DNA of 64,000 nt from Chlorokybus atmophyticus (Eukaryota; Plantae; Mesostigma and Chlorokybus algae): NCBI GenBank assembly GCA_009103225.1, contig RHPI01001202.1, positions 443,901 to 507,900 on the forward strand, in the 5' to 3' direction. The notes beneath the pieces were generated by a model that made no database searches, was not told the origin of the DNA, and saw nothing but the letters and a program-made list of their open reading frames with translations. Position numbers and translations under genes: made by a program. This document shows, piece by piece, positions 10,380-22,176 of this stretch (positions are counted from its first letter, which is position 1; each line of letters begins with the position of its first letter).

Positions 10380-13146
10380 ATGACGGACGTGATGACGTCT
10401 GCGGCGACGTCCGACAGTGGTATGCTGCCCAGCATGGACTCCGCCTCCACCACGCCGTCCGGGAAGGCCAATGCGCCAGCCGTCAATGGGGTTGAGTCGG
10501 TAGCCGCCGCAGCAGCTCCGCAGAACCGCATTATCCTGCGCATGGACGACTCTGACGATGAGAGCGGTGAGGAGGAATACGAGTCTGAGGAGGAGGCTGT
10601 TACGGAGGACGGCCGGAGCCACCTGGTTGACGATGAGCGCAGTGCGTACGCTGAGGGCCATGAGGACGACCAGGGAACTGAGAGCGCCACCGCCACCCCA
10701 TTGAAGAGCTTCAAGCGCATGGGCATGGTCGACGGCAATATTGCCACCACCACCTACACACTTGATGAGCTGCCTGACTACGGTCTTCGTGGTCATGAGC
10801 TCGCCAGCAAGGCCGAGCTGTGCGATGCCATACTGGAGGCCGGCGGCAAAGTGCTGCATTGCCACAGGTGTGTAACTTCTGCATTGCTGTGCATGCTGAG
10901 ACTGCTATGGTACAAACACGTGTGCATTTGGCGTCATGCATGGATTTCTTGGCCTGCGAAAGGGGTTGGTTTTGCTGCACAACTTCGTGGTGATTATTAT
11001 GCATTCATGCAAGTTGCGCTATGTGCATGCAAGGCATTTTATTGTGATCACCTTCGGCACAGATGAGCTTGCTGTAACCATTGCGTCACACCTCCAAAGT
11101 GCCGCTGCTGGTGTCATCAAGGCAAATGCTGCAGTTTCTTGCATTTTCAAGCCAAGTTTGTCTTCTGTTGTTTTTTCCAACAGAACACAGACAATATTCA
11201 ATCAGTGTCATCTGTAAGCATGAAAGACCGCTGTTTGTCAACAACCTGTGTGCAGGTTCGTTCTTGCGTCATCCAGCCAGTTCTTCTACAAATGGTTCAT
11301 GTCCATGGGCAAGGATGAAGTGGGTGTGCGCTTGAGGCAGCCCAAGGAGCTTGCCAATGTTGATGGCGATGCGTTGGAGACCATTATCAAGTCACTTTAC
11401 AGCCGTGAGATTGAGGTGGACTCCAACAATGTGGAGGCCCTGCTTGAGGCATCCGATAGAGTGGACATTGGCCCTGTTTGGGATGCTTGCATAGACTTCC
11501 TCATTCGGCATTTGACGCCAGGCAACTGCTTGCGAGCAGCAGAGCTTGCAGACCGCTACAGTTCTGAAGATTTGCAGGTGTGTTACATTAATGACACGCC
11601 AGTGTTCCCTCGCATGGCACCTTGCAATCAACACTGAACACCAGCACACACTTGTTGCAGGTTGAGGCGCACAACTACTTGTGCCAGCATTTTGCTGAGA
11701 CAGCCTCACACATCAGCTGGGCACTGCTGTCCAAAGCCCAAGTCATTTTCATTCTCAGCAGCGACGAACTCAGCCTGCAGTCTGAATGGGTGGTGTTCAT
11801 TGCTGTTCTCAACTGGGTCAACCACAACATTGCACAGCGGGAGGCTCACCTGCCTGAGCTTCTCACACATGTGCGCCTTCCATGGTTGAATGCTGACCAG
11901 CTTCGCAAAGTCATGGAGCACCCGCTGGTGACCGATCAGCCTGCATGCCTTCAGGTATTGCACTGGTTCTGTCAGCCTAGCTAGGTGCCCAGAACTGTCA
12001 CTGTGCTGGTAGTACCATTTTCAGAATGTGTGTCTGAAACGTGTACTAGCAGCACAATGCAGGCTGCTCTCCATACTCAATGCACAACAAACATTGGCAC
12101 AGAACTTGGCGTGTTGTGTGGGTATCACAACCTTTTCGAAACCTAATAGAATCAACTTGCAGGTATTGATGGAGGGCTTGCTGGATGCACGATCAGAGGG
12201 AAAAGTTCCTGCATACACACCATGGCTCAGACCGCGAAAGCAGCTGTACACACCGGAATTCCCTGCTCGTCTGCATGCCATTGGTATGCAGAAGATGCTG
12301 GTGCAGGACTGGTCACATGGCAACCCACGATGGGTGGAGGCTCCCGTGCCTACCCTTTTGGCACCCATGGGCGCAGTGGAGACCACAATCTGGACAGGCT
12401 GGACTGCACTGAACGGCAGCCTGTACTTGGCGCGCCACTTCAAGGAAAGCACACAACTCGTCTGCTATGCCCCGCACTTGGACATCACGCGCACAATCGC
12501 AAGCCCTTGCCATCCACGACGCCTCGCAGCCATCACAGTCCTCGATGATCGCATCTATGTCTTGGGAGGACGCACTGAGGGCGCTGGCAGTGTTGCAGTC
12601 TCCACAGTTGACTGCTACGACGTCAAGACTGGACAGTGGCTGTCTGTTCCACCGTTGCAGACTGCTCGCCACTCGCTTGGCGCAGCAGCCCTTGATGGTT
12701 GTTTGTATGCTGTTGGAGGTGACCGTCACGAACACAACGCAAAGCACTCCAGTCGGCGTGTGGAGTGCTTTGACCCTCAAATTGGCAAGTGGAGCTCTGC
12801 GCCCAAGTTGACGGTGCCGCGCAGCGGTGTGGCTGTCTGCGTGCTGGATGGCTCGTTGTACGCCGTGGGTGGGCACGCTGGTGGACAGTCACTCTCCGTT
12901 GTGGAGCGGTACACGCCTCAGCGTGGCAGGTGGCAGGTCGTGGCCAACATGAACATTGCGCGCGCCTACACCTGCGTAACGGCTTTCAACGGTTGTCTGT
13001 ATGTTGCGGATTCGTACGGACCTGGCATTGCACTGAAGCCTTCAGACTCTATGGAGTGCTATGACCCTGCCACCAACAAGTGGACAATGGTGGACTGCAC
13101 TGATGCCAGGCCAACCGGCGCTTGTGGAGCCTTGCTTGTCTTGTAA
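10380..13146 (+). CDS. BTB-BACK-Kelch (KLHL-like) protein; exons about 10380-10867, 11256-11577, 11661-11954, 12163-13146
   Basis: BTB motif (LHCHRFVLASSSQFF), BACK motif (LSSDELSLQSEWVVFIAVLNWV) and kelch repeats (IYVLGG, LYAVGG, VECFDP, ECYDPATNKW). The GT-AG junctions keep the frame. The start codon is uncertain. Confidence 0.9.
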
Positions 13147-14283
13147 AATAACACAGCATGGCCTCAAGGGACGGCTAGCGTCTGTTGTCTGTTTTGTAGC
13201 GTGTTGTGTAGCATTTTGATGGTTTATGTGTGGGTTAATGACAACCTCTGTCTCGCCTTCTCTCTCTCCCTCTCTGTGCCAAAAGACAAGCATCAGGCAG
13301 TCGTGTTCAGTATGTGTGCCACTGTGCAACGCATTAACATGTGTTTGCAGAGGCATTGCAAATGTGCAAATGTGAAAGCAAGAGTTACCACAGTGCGTGA
13401 GGCAGAACATGCGCACACAAACATGTCACTGTGTGCTGCCTTTGGGACAATCATAGAGCTTTTGTGTTTGCATTATTCAGCCTTGAGTTGCTGCCATCCT
13501 TCGCATTGTGCATGCTTGCTGTGTTAGTAATGAGACCGTGAGTTTGTATTGTGCAATACAATACAGATGCTGCTGCAGTACAGGTGAGCGGTCAAGTGGA
13601 GTTGTAATCGAGGGCATAGGGTTGCGCAAATACCCCAGCAAAAGTAACCAAGCCATCACCAGGCCATGAACTCAGCAAGTCTTCGTATTGCAGTTGAACT
13701 GGCAGTGATTGTTACCATTTGCTACGCCCGACTCAGCACAAAGGTGACGTGCGCAACATATGAAAGTTTGCGGGCATGCACGTCGCAATAATTGCACACA
13801 TACAATGGTGCAGGCAGTCGGTGTGAACACCATTGTGGCTGCAAGACTAATGTTAGGCGTTGATGCGTGTTGCTCATAGCTATGAGCAACACGCAAACGC
13901 TCTACATGATCCAACACCAAAAATAAACACACGTATGCGGTAGCAGTCTTGTTGTCAACCGGGCTCCTCACATGTCTCCCAACTACTGACTTGCAGTGTT
14001 ATAAATGTAGCGGTAAACAAGAAGGTGTTTCCGTCAAAGACAACAAAGTGGCTGCTCTGCACGCAGCCACACTATACAACCAAGGCTTGGGTAGTGATGA
14101 CACAACCTACAGCTACCTAGCAAAGACGCCATAAGACAACTTGCTCGCTGTTTGAACCGCCGCTACGTCCAAAGCATTCCCTCAAATCGCAGGCGCTTAG
14201 GTTAGGGAAGCAGTTTTTCTGCTGCCCACAACTCTAAGCGCGCGCTCTTTTCATCTAAAGGGGACGAGGTGAGATTAGTAGTG

Positions 14284-14928
14284 TTACTCATGTGAAACAA
14301 GATGGATGTTGTCGACCCACCATGTGCAAATGAGAGAGGGTGTGCGTGTTGAGTGGTGGCTTAGTTTGGAAAATGCAAAGGTGCACAAGTTGTATACTTG
14401 CAAGCACGGCACCGAACACGCGCTTGCATACAGTTGTAAGAGGGCCTGCGTGCTGGGTGGCGGCTTCAACACCGGAATGTTAAATACGAACTTGCACAAG
14501 CTTACAACAAGTTGTATACTTGTGCACGCGTATACATTGTGCAACAGGCATGCCTTATACGCATGTACCTCTGCAACGTGCCTCTTACCTGCTGTTGTAG
14601 CTTGGCACAATACGATTCTTGTTCCAGTCGTAGCTTGGCAAGCTCCGCTTCCGACTGTGTCATGCGTTACAGTTGAAGCCAATTGACAGCTGCGGTTCAA
14701 GTGACAATCATGCAACATTGCAGTTGCCATGAAGCAGAGCTGTGTGTGCAATGCAATGATGACTGCACGTGCCTCTGCGTACTGCTGCTGTGCCAGCTGC
14801 CTCTCCTGAGCCACCATCTCTTCAAAAGAATTGCACCAGCTGTTTATGTAAAGAAATGCGGCCAAAGCAGGCGTCCCGGCCATAATCCAGCCAGCATGCT
14901 TGCGAGCGCCTGCTGCGAGGCTGTTCAT
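14284..14928 (-). CDS. Unknown small membrane/coiled-coil protein, array copy 1 (MNSLAAGARKHAGWIMAG...); 3' structure uncertain
   Basis: N-terminus is homologous to copies 2-4, with a conserved 5'UTR intron (14930-15194) ending 1 nt before the ATG. Confidence 0.55.
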   Translation of the reverse strand: MNSLAAGARKHAGWIMAGTPALAAFLYINSWCNSFEEMVAQERQLAQQQYAEARAVIIALHTQLCFMATAMLHDCHLNRSCQLASTVTHDTVGSGACQATTGTRIVLCQATTAGKRHVAEVHAYKACLLHNVYACTSIQLVVSLCKFVFNIPVLKPPPSTQALLQLYASACSVPCLQVYNLCTFAFSKLSHHSTRTPSLICTWWVDNIHLVSHE

Positions 14929-15670
14929 TCTGCCAAGCTCATGAATGAGTGAGAGCAAATAGTGTGATTGTGAGCAGGCGGCTGTGCTGTCAATTGCCAT
15001 GTGTGAGTAGGTGCTTGTGCTGTTGTGATAGCCATATGTGCGAGCAGGATAAGACAGCAGCAGACAGCAGCAGGCTTACAACTCATGCATGTGCAATTAT
15101 ACATGCAATCAGTATGAGCTAGTAGGAGCCGTGCATTATGCGTGCTTGTGGGCAGGAGAAGTTGAGCGCGTGTGTACCAATAGTCACAGCTTACTTGTGC
15201 TTCAAGACAGAAACAGAAGTGTTTGTGACTGCACAGCAGCTAGAGCGCTGGTAAGCAGCTGGCCTAAGGACGCAGCCGCCCTCGCCGCCGCCGCACCCAA
15301 CTAGGCCCTGCGTATATACGTTGACGTTTGACACTGAGCGCTGAACAGCATTGCGCTGCATTTAATGCTACTGCTGCTGCCGCCGCCTAACCGTCGGCCA
15401 CTGTGCTGAGCTGACAGAATTTTAGTCCAAGATGAAGTTTTGTATAGAGGCGTTGAGCTCACTTGCTGCACCTACACCAACACAACACGACTACCCACTG
15501 AGTCGTTGGACGCCAAACAATTCTATCTTGCCATGCTTGTTCGTATGCTGATTGTTGTGTTGATTCTGCACATCACCAGGCGCTAAGTGTTGCTCAGGCA
15601 AGCTTCTCACCTCCGTTTTGGCCAGAGCACATAGATGTAGCGCGGCCCCTGCCGGAATAGATTGGTTGCG

Positions 15671-15679
<9 letters not shown>

Positions 15680-15729
<50 letters not shown>
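15680..15729. repeat. (GA)n microsatellite
   Basis: Seen directly. Confidence 0.95.
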
Positions 15730-15733
<4 letters not shown>

Positions 15734-16595
15734 CTGTACAACATTGAGAATTGCGAACATACTGCATTGTCCCTTGGAGCATTTGTCGTTTAACTGCTTT
15801 TGTGTATATGAGGCTTGCAGACTTGTTCCTATGAACGAGCATGGTATGACAGGTTGTCATACCATGCCCCATCACGATGTGTTAAGCTGCGACACAGGTG
15901 AGGGTGCAGTGGCGATTGCATTCAAGGGGTGGGGTGGGGTGGTGTACTTGTCTCAGTATACTGGACATAGACATGAAGAGGCCATCAACTTGGCAAACCT
16001 CTTCTGTAAGTCCAGCGCACGCATGCGGCAAGCGTTGTCAATTTTGTGTGCAACGCGGGGCTGTCTCCCAGAAACTACGACTTGTGATATTGTAACGTTG
16101 TGAATGTAGACTCTACATTCTAAGTGAAGTTGAGGACGAGGTGTTTTCAACATAAACAGCTATGCGGCTTGCACAACCAACACTACACACACGTAGCTCG
16201 GGTACTGATCACAACTTCGGCTGATAAGCGGAGACGCCATCACCACTTCTCCTATTAAGCCGCAACCATCAACAGCTGAGGGTTACAGCCTGCTCTCACT
16301 TCATCATCAATCTAAGAGCGCGCGCTCTACCACCTGTCGAAAGTCAATGAACCGTTCACCCCGGGGTTGAGATTACCAATGGTGTTTGTGTATGGACCAG
16401 AATGATGTTACAACATAAGGAGCGCATGGTGAGCGGCAAGTGCCGGCACGGGTCACAGGTAACCGCACACTTTGTACACATACACCCGGAAAAACATTGC
16501 AGGATGTGTACTTGCCACAGTGTGCATGCGCATATGCGCGCATACCTCTGCAACCTCCCGTTCTCCATGCTCTCGTAGCTTGGTAATCTCCACCT

Positions 16596-16980
16596 TCAAA
16601 GCCGTAGCAGCTTGGCAAACTCAGCTTTGCAGCGCTCCTGAACCTGTTTTATGCACTATCATGAAACCAACGTGCGCGCGTGCCTGAGCGTGCAAGCACC
16701 CATGCACAGCACTCGTTACCGAAAACACCATCACAGCGAAGCAGCAGGCAGCTTCGTTACGGTGTGTGTGTGTGTGTGTGCGTGTGTGTACCTCTGCAGA
16801 CTGGCGTTCGTGAAGCTGTCTTAGCCTGGCCATCGCCGCTTCTCGTTCTTGTCCTAGCTTTTCCACCTCGTCGTCCAGGTTGTTGAACCGTCTCTTCAAG
16901 TAGTAGACAGCAGTGGACACGATTCCCCCAGCCAGAATCCAGTCTGCGTTCTTGCGAGCGCCTGCCGCGAGGCTGCTCAT
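16596..16980 (-). CDS. Unknown small membrane/coiled-coil protein, array copy 2 (MSSLAAGARKNADWILAGG...); exons about 16980-16792 and 16643-16596
   Basis: Homologous N-terminus, hydrophobic stretch, E/K/R-rich heptad region and 5'UTR intron 16982-17203. Confidence 0.6.
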
Positions 16981-18170
16981 CCTGCCCAGGTTCTAGATGA
17001 GTGAGACGAGTGGTTATTGAAGGATTGTGAGAAAGAATGGCATCTGCTCGTGAGCGGGCGGTTGTGCGCGGTTGATTGTCATGAATGAAGCAGCGGGTAC
17101 AAGATGGCAGCAGAAGCAGCAACATCGTCCAAGTCTACGTGGAACCGCTGATAGGGGCGGTTGAACTTTTGTGCAGCAGCTTGAGCTAGTACTTAGAGCT
17201 TACTTGTACTTCTGAGGCAGAAGCAGTAAGGCTTGTAATTGCACAGCAACTAGACCGCTCCTGCAAGCCGCCGCCGCCCTCAGCTAGGCCCTGCGCCAGT
17301 GCGGCTGCAATGGCGTGTCTGTACTTGAGCGTGCTGTCACAAGCAAACTAGCAGGCGGAAAACCGGAACAGGCAGCACAGCACAATACAGCACTCGCTCG
17401 CCCTTGTTGCTACTGCTGCTGCCGCTGTCCTCGCCAACAAGCTTGAAGTTCTTACTTCGGCCATTGTGTGCTACACGTTGGTTTAGGTGGTGCTTCTCAC
17501 CTCCACCCTGGCCCCCCTTTGCATGCACTCAGCTGCAGCACAGTTGTCTAGGGCTGCCCCTGCCTTGTGAAGTGAAGTTGATTGCCGTTGGCCTGACGAT
17601 GTTGTGCTTTGCATGTATAGGGCGTCTTAGCAGTCGCCATTGTGCATGCTAGCGACAGCGTGGACACTTTTATTACACCTCTTCTCTCACAATATACCTA
17701 TGCACACCATTGAGACCTGAAGGTGATGTTGCTTATGGCTTATGGCTAAAAGTGATGCAAATGCATATAGTTCACCAATTCAATTCGACACGCGCACGCG
17801 GCAGCGCTGTTACGTTGGTGTTAAAGGGGGAGGNNNNNNNNNNNNNNNNNNNNNNNNNNNNNNNNNNNNNNNNNNNNNNNNNNNNNNNNNNNNNNNNNNN
17901 NNNNNNNNNNNNNNNNNNNNNNNNNNNNNNNNNNNNNNNNNNNNNNNNNNNNNNNNNNNNNNNNNNNNNNNNNNNNNNNNNNNNNNNNNNNNNNNNNNNN
18001 NNNNNNNNNNNNNNNNNNNNNNNNNNNNNNNNNNNNNNNNNNNNNNNNNNNNNNNNNNNNNNNNNNNNNNNNNNNNNNNNNNNNNNNNNNNNNNNNNNNN
18101 NNNNNNNNNNNNNNNNNNNNNNNNNNNNNNNNNNNNNNNNNNNNNNNNNNNNNNNNNNNNNNNNNNNNNN

Positions 18171-18298
18171 GCTGTAGGCAGCGCAACAAGTGCCGCCAGC
18201 CGGGAGGACGATGTCGCCGCCATCGCCGCCGCCCCCAGCATGCTGACACGTGATGGGCACATGTTGGCTGACAACACGGGTTGTGCAAAAGGAAGGAA
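18171..18298. repeat. 128-bp exact copy of 29415-29542 at a gap edge
   Basis: The sequence is identical, starts at the end of the N gap and joins a G-rich tract. Confidence 0.9.
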
Positions 18299-19225
18299 GG
18301 GGGAGGTTCAATACAACAACCAACGACTTGTAGTGTTGTGGACCAAGAGTTGTTGCCTACAAACACAAGGAGCAGCTTGCACGTACTACCTGCCGTGTTG
18401 ACAACGATATCCGATCAGAGCACAGGTAGTGTCACAACCATTAGTCGAGCAGCATACCATCAGACAAGCTGCTGGGTTTTCTACTATTGCCCGCCATGTT
18501 ATGAAGTCGCCACCAACAGCCTACCAGTAGGAATGCACTTTGCTCCCAAGGATCCAAAGCACACGCTGTTCCATCTGTCCATGAACTGTTTACGCTTAGT
18601 GATGCTGTTAATCCTACGGATGGAATGGATGTTGCTGCCCAATGGTCGACCGAAGTGCATGCGGCGCTGACTTGGTTGCTTGGGAGGTTGTAAAGGTACT
18701 CACATACGTGCAAGCACTGCGTTGACACACACATTTGCATGCAGGTAGAAGAGCGCCTGCATGCTGAGTGGCGGCTTTGACGCCGGGTATTTGAGTAGGT
18801 ATACATATCGTAAACGCGCACGTCTGGACAAACTTATCTCAGATGTGTACATGTGCATGCACATAAGTACAAGGTTTGCACAAGTAGGGCTTCATGCCAC
18901 TTGCCGGGCATGTCCATGCGTGTGCATGTGCGCCTTTGCAACTTGTGCATGTAGCTGCGCAACCTGGCATTCACCATGCTGCCGTAGCTTGACGATGTTC
19001 ACTTCCCGAAGCCGTCGCTCAACTTGCAAGGGCTCCTCGACCTGTTTCATGCTCTGCAGTTAGACCAATGCGTGTGCGTGCGTAATCATGCGAGTTTGCG
19101 TGCGTGCGTGTGTACCTCTGCAAACTGTGCGTGTGTACCTCTGCAATGTCGTGTTCTCGTTCCTGATGTAGCTTGTCAGTCTCCAAATCCACCTGTTGTA
19201 TGCGTCATAGTTAACCACTCATGAG

Positions 19226-19450
19226 CTATGGTTCAAATTGGAACCATTCTTGAATGCAGTTGCCCGCAACCAATTGTGTGTGCACTGCGATGGTCAGTGC
19301 AAGTGCCTTTGTATACTCCTGGTTTGGCAGCTGTCTCACCTTAGCCATCTCGTTGTGGAAGTGGTGTATGCCATAGCCAGTGGTGGAAACCGTCCCTGCA
19401 GTCTGAGTGAGGCCAGCATACTTGTGAGCGCCTGCTGCCAGGCTGTTCAT
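19226..19450 (-). CDS. Unknown small protein, array copy 3 (MNSLAAGAHKYAGLTQTAG...); further coiled-coil exon-like modules to about 18900
   Basis: Homologous N-terminus and 5'UTR intron 19452-19677. Downstream modules read VDLETDKLHQEREHDIAE and VNIVKLRQHGECQVAQ. Confidence 0.5.
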   Translation of the reverse strand: MNSLAAGAHKYAGLTQTAGTVSTTGYGIHHFHNEMAKVRQLPNQEYTKALALTIAVHTQLVAGNCIQEWFQFEP

Positions 19451-20724
19451 CCTGCCAGATAGTGGACAAGTGTTGACTGATTGATTGTGAGCAGGAGGTT
19501 GTGCTGTTGATTGCCATGTGTGGGTGCGCGAGACCACAGCAGCAGATAGCAGCGACCTTGACACCGATATATTGATACAAAGCACAAAGCAGTAACGGCG
19601 TGCAATTCTGTGCACATGCAGATAGGAGGGGCGGTGCATGTTGCGTACAGCAACTTCAACTGATTGTCACAGCTTACTTGAGCTTGAAGGCAATGTAAGT
19701 CACGAACAGGCTGGTACCACACAGCAGCCAGAGCGCTGTCAGGCAGCTGGCGTAAGGCCGCCGCCGCCGCCGCCGCACTCAGCTAGGCCCTGCGCGAGAG
19801 CGAGCGCTGCAATGTTATATTACTTGCTTCAGAGCGGCCTGTCACACCTCAAGTCCGGAAATCAAAGTAGCAGCGGAACTATTTCCCCAGCCTGCGCTTG
19901 CTACTGCTGCTACTGCCGCTGGCCATAAGCTAAGCTTCAGTTTCAAGCTGAGAGAATCTTACCTTTGGCCACAGATTGGTCTAAGCGCTGACGCTTATGC
20001 CTCTCACCTCCGCCCCGCTCCCCTCGCATGCACTAGCTACAGCATGGAGGTCTAACGCTGCTCCAATAAGTTGATTGCCGTTGTGTTTCTGCTATTGTGA
20101 GAGTGTGGGATCCATTGAGTTGGTTCAACACACGCACTGCACGGCATGCGACAGACGTATCAACTCTGTATCAATAGGGGGCTGTCTCACAACAACCAAT
20201 ATTTGCATGTGTGATTGTAGAGGTCAATCAGGACGTGCCACAGTAACAACGTTACTATTGTACACAAACAAAGCAGCTGCTTTCACACAGCCAACAATAT
20301 GCACGGATCTCTTAGTATAAGCTGAGGGAAGCACTGCACTCACTTTCTCACATACTTCGCAATTGCGTTCTCCATCTGTTGGAAGCCAATCAACAGGTTC
20401 AATTAGTCATTGGGTTATGCATACGACCAGATTAATGTAGCTAGCCCACAATGAGTACGCAGTTGAAACACCACATGCGCATTGGGAGATTGCAAGCAGT
20501 CACGCTCCAATGGCACGCATGCAAGCACTGCATTGAACACATATGCATAGAGTTACAAAAGCGCCTGCATGCTGACTGGCGACCTCAGGACAAAGAAGGT
20601 ACTTGCACCAATAACAAAGGCACACATGTGGACAAACATTTCACTTGAAACTGTGCTCTTGTGCGCATGCCTGAGTACACAGTCTAGAATGCATATCCCA
20701 TGCATGCGTGTATATGTGCGCCTG

Positions 20725-21006
20725 TCAAAGCTGTGCATATACCTCTGCAAGCTGGCATTCCAGGATTCTGGCATCCTCCGATTCTTGAAGCTGACTCTCA
20801 GCTTGCAAGCGCTCCTCACACTGTTGCATGCGCGAGTTTAACCAATCTTCTGTGTGTATTTCTGCAACCTTACGTTCCCAAAGCTTTCGTACCTTGGCAA
20901 TCTTCATTTCCAAGTTGGTACAGTAGGAGACAACAGCGGCGGAAACTGCCCCCGCAGACAGAACCCAGCCAGCGTACTTGTGAGCAACGGCTGCGAGTCT
21001 ATTCAT
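20725..21006 (-). CDS. Unknown small membrane/coiled-coil protein, array copy 4 (93 aa, MNRLAAVAHKYAGWVLSAG...)
   Basis: Intact ORF, homologous N-terminus and 5'UTR intron 21008-21186. Confidence 0.6.
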   Translation of the reverse strand: MNRLAAVAHKYAGWVLSAGAVSAAVVSYCTNLEMKIAKVRKLWERKVAEIHTEDWLNSRMQQCEERLQAESQLQESEDARILECQLAEVYAQL

Positions 21007-22176
21007 CCTGCGATTGTGCGCAACTGCGAGTTATATCAGCAGGTGGTTGTTCGGTTGATTGCCACGAGTGAGAGCCGGAAAGCCGCAACAGACAGAAGTA
21101 GCAGCAGCGTTGAATTTGATTCCAACATGCAAATGCTGAGGGAGTGGTTCAATCTCGCGTGCGATGTACTGACGTTCAAAACTTACTTGCTCCTGAGTAA
21201 GAGTAAGGCAGTAACAATAGGTTTTGCAACTGAGTACTAGCCAGAGCGCTGTTAAGCAGCTGGCGTGCCGCCGCCGCCGCCCTCAGATAGGCCCTGCGCC
21301 AGTGCGACTGACACATTGCCTTTTCTGTGCCTGTGAGCGTCCTGTCACAGCAGTGTAGTATAGTGTAGCGGCAGCAGGCAGCTTGGCACATGATGTAGTG
21401 TTGCTGTGGATTGATGTTGCATGCTTGTGCCAAACAGCACTTCATATATCCTGTACACTGTCCCTGCCCCTTGCTGCCACTGCAGCTGCCAACGCCGGCC
21501 TAACCTGTGGCCACTGTGCTATGTAAGTGTACTCTGCTTACGCTTGCCGGATCTCCTGCCCTCTTCCCTTGCATGCAGCCCTGTGCCAACAGGTCTGCTT
21601 TGCAACCTTGAGACTGCTTGCCCTTGCCTGCCCTGCTGCCTCTACCCCTCCCCTCCGCTCATCACCAGCACGTAGCTAGTGCACATAAGTTAGTTTGTGC
21701 CCTTGCCCTTGTAATTGAGCTGCTCTTGCTCGTGTGCTTGCTGATGCTTGTGCTTGGCTTGCTGTGTCGACATCTGGAAAGCCTATGCATTTAGCTACAG
21801 CACATAGGTCTGGCGACGCCCCTGCTTGCTACGGTTGACAATGTCGTTGTGTGAGTATATGCTTTGCAAGTGACGTTGCATTTGCACCACCGCTCAGCCT
21901 ATAACTGCATTGAGGGGGTTGTTCAACACACAGAATGATGTGTGTCAGGGCGCTCAAACTACACGAGAGAGAGGCACGATTGCATACGCAACGATTGATA
22001 ACAGTCCTCAAGTTTCAAACAGAACAGAACCGCACAAATGCACAAGCAACAGCGCAAACAACAAGCACTCATTTGTAGTCAGAGCTTCACATATTTCCCT
22101 AGGATGGTGCGCTGCGCACATGCCCATGTTTATGCATGTCATTGTCATATGCCCATTGTAGAAAGCAATGCAACCA

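Noticed and set aside
10202-10865. 183-aa and 217-aa minus-strand ORFs
   Set aside because: They are antisense shadows of the GC-rich first exon of the kelch gene.
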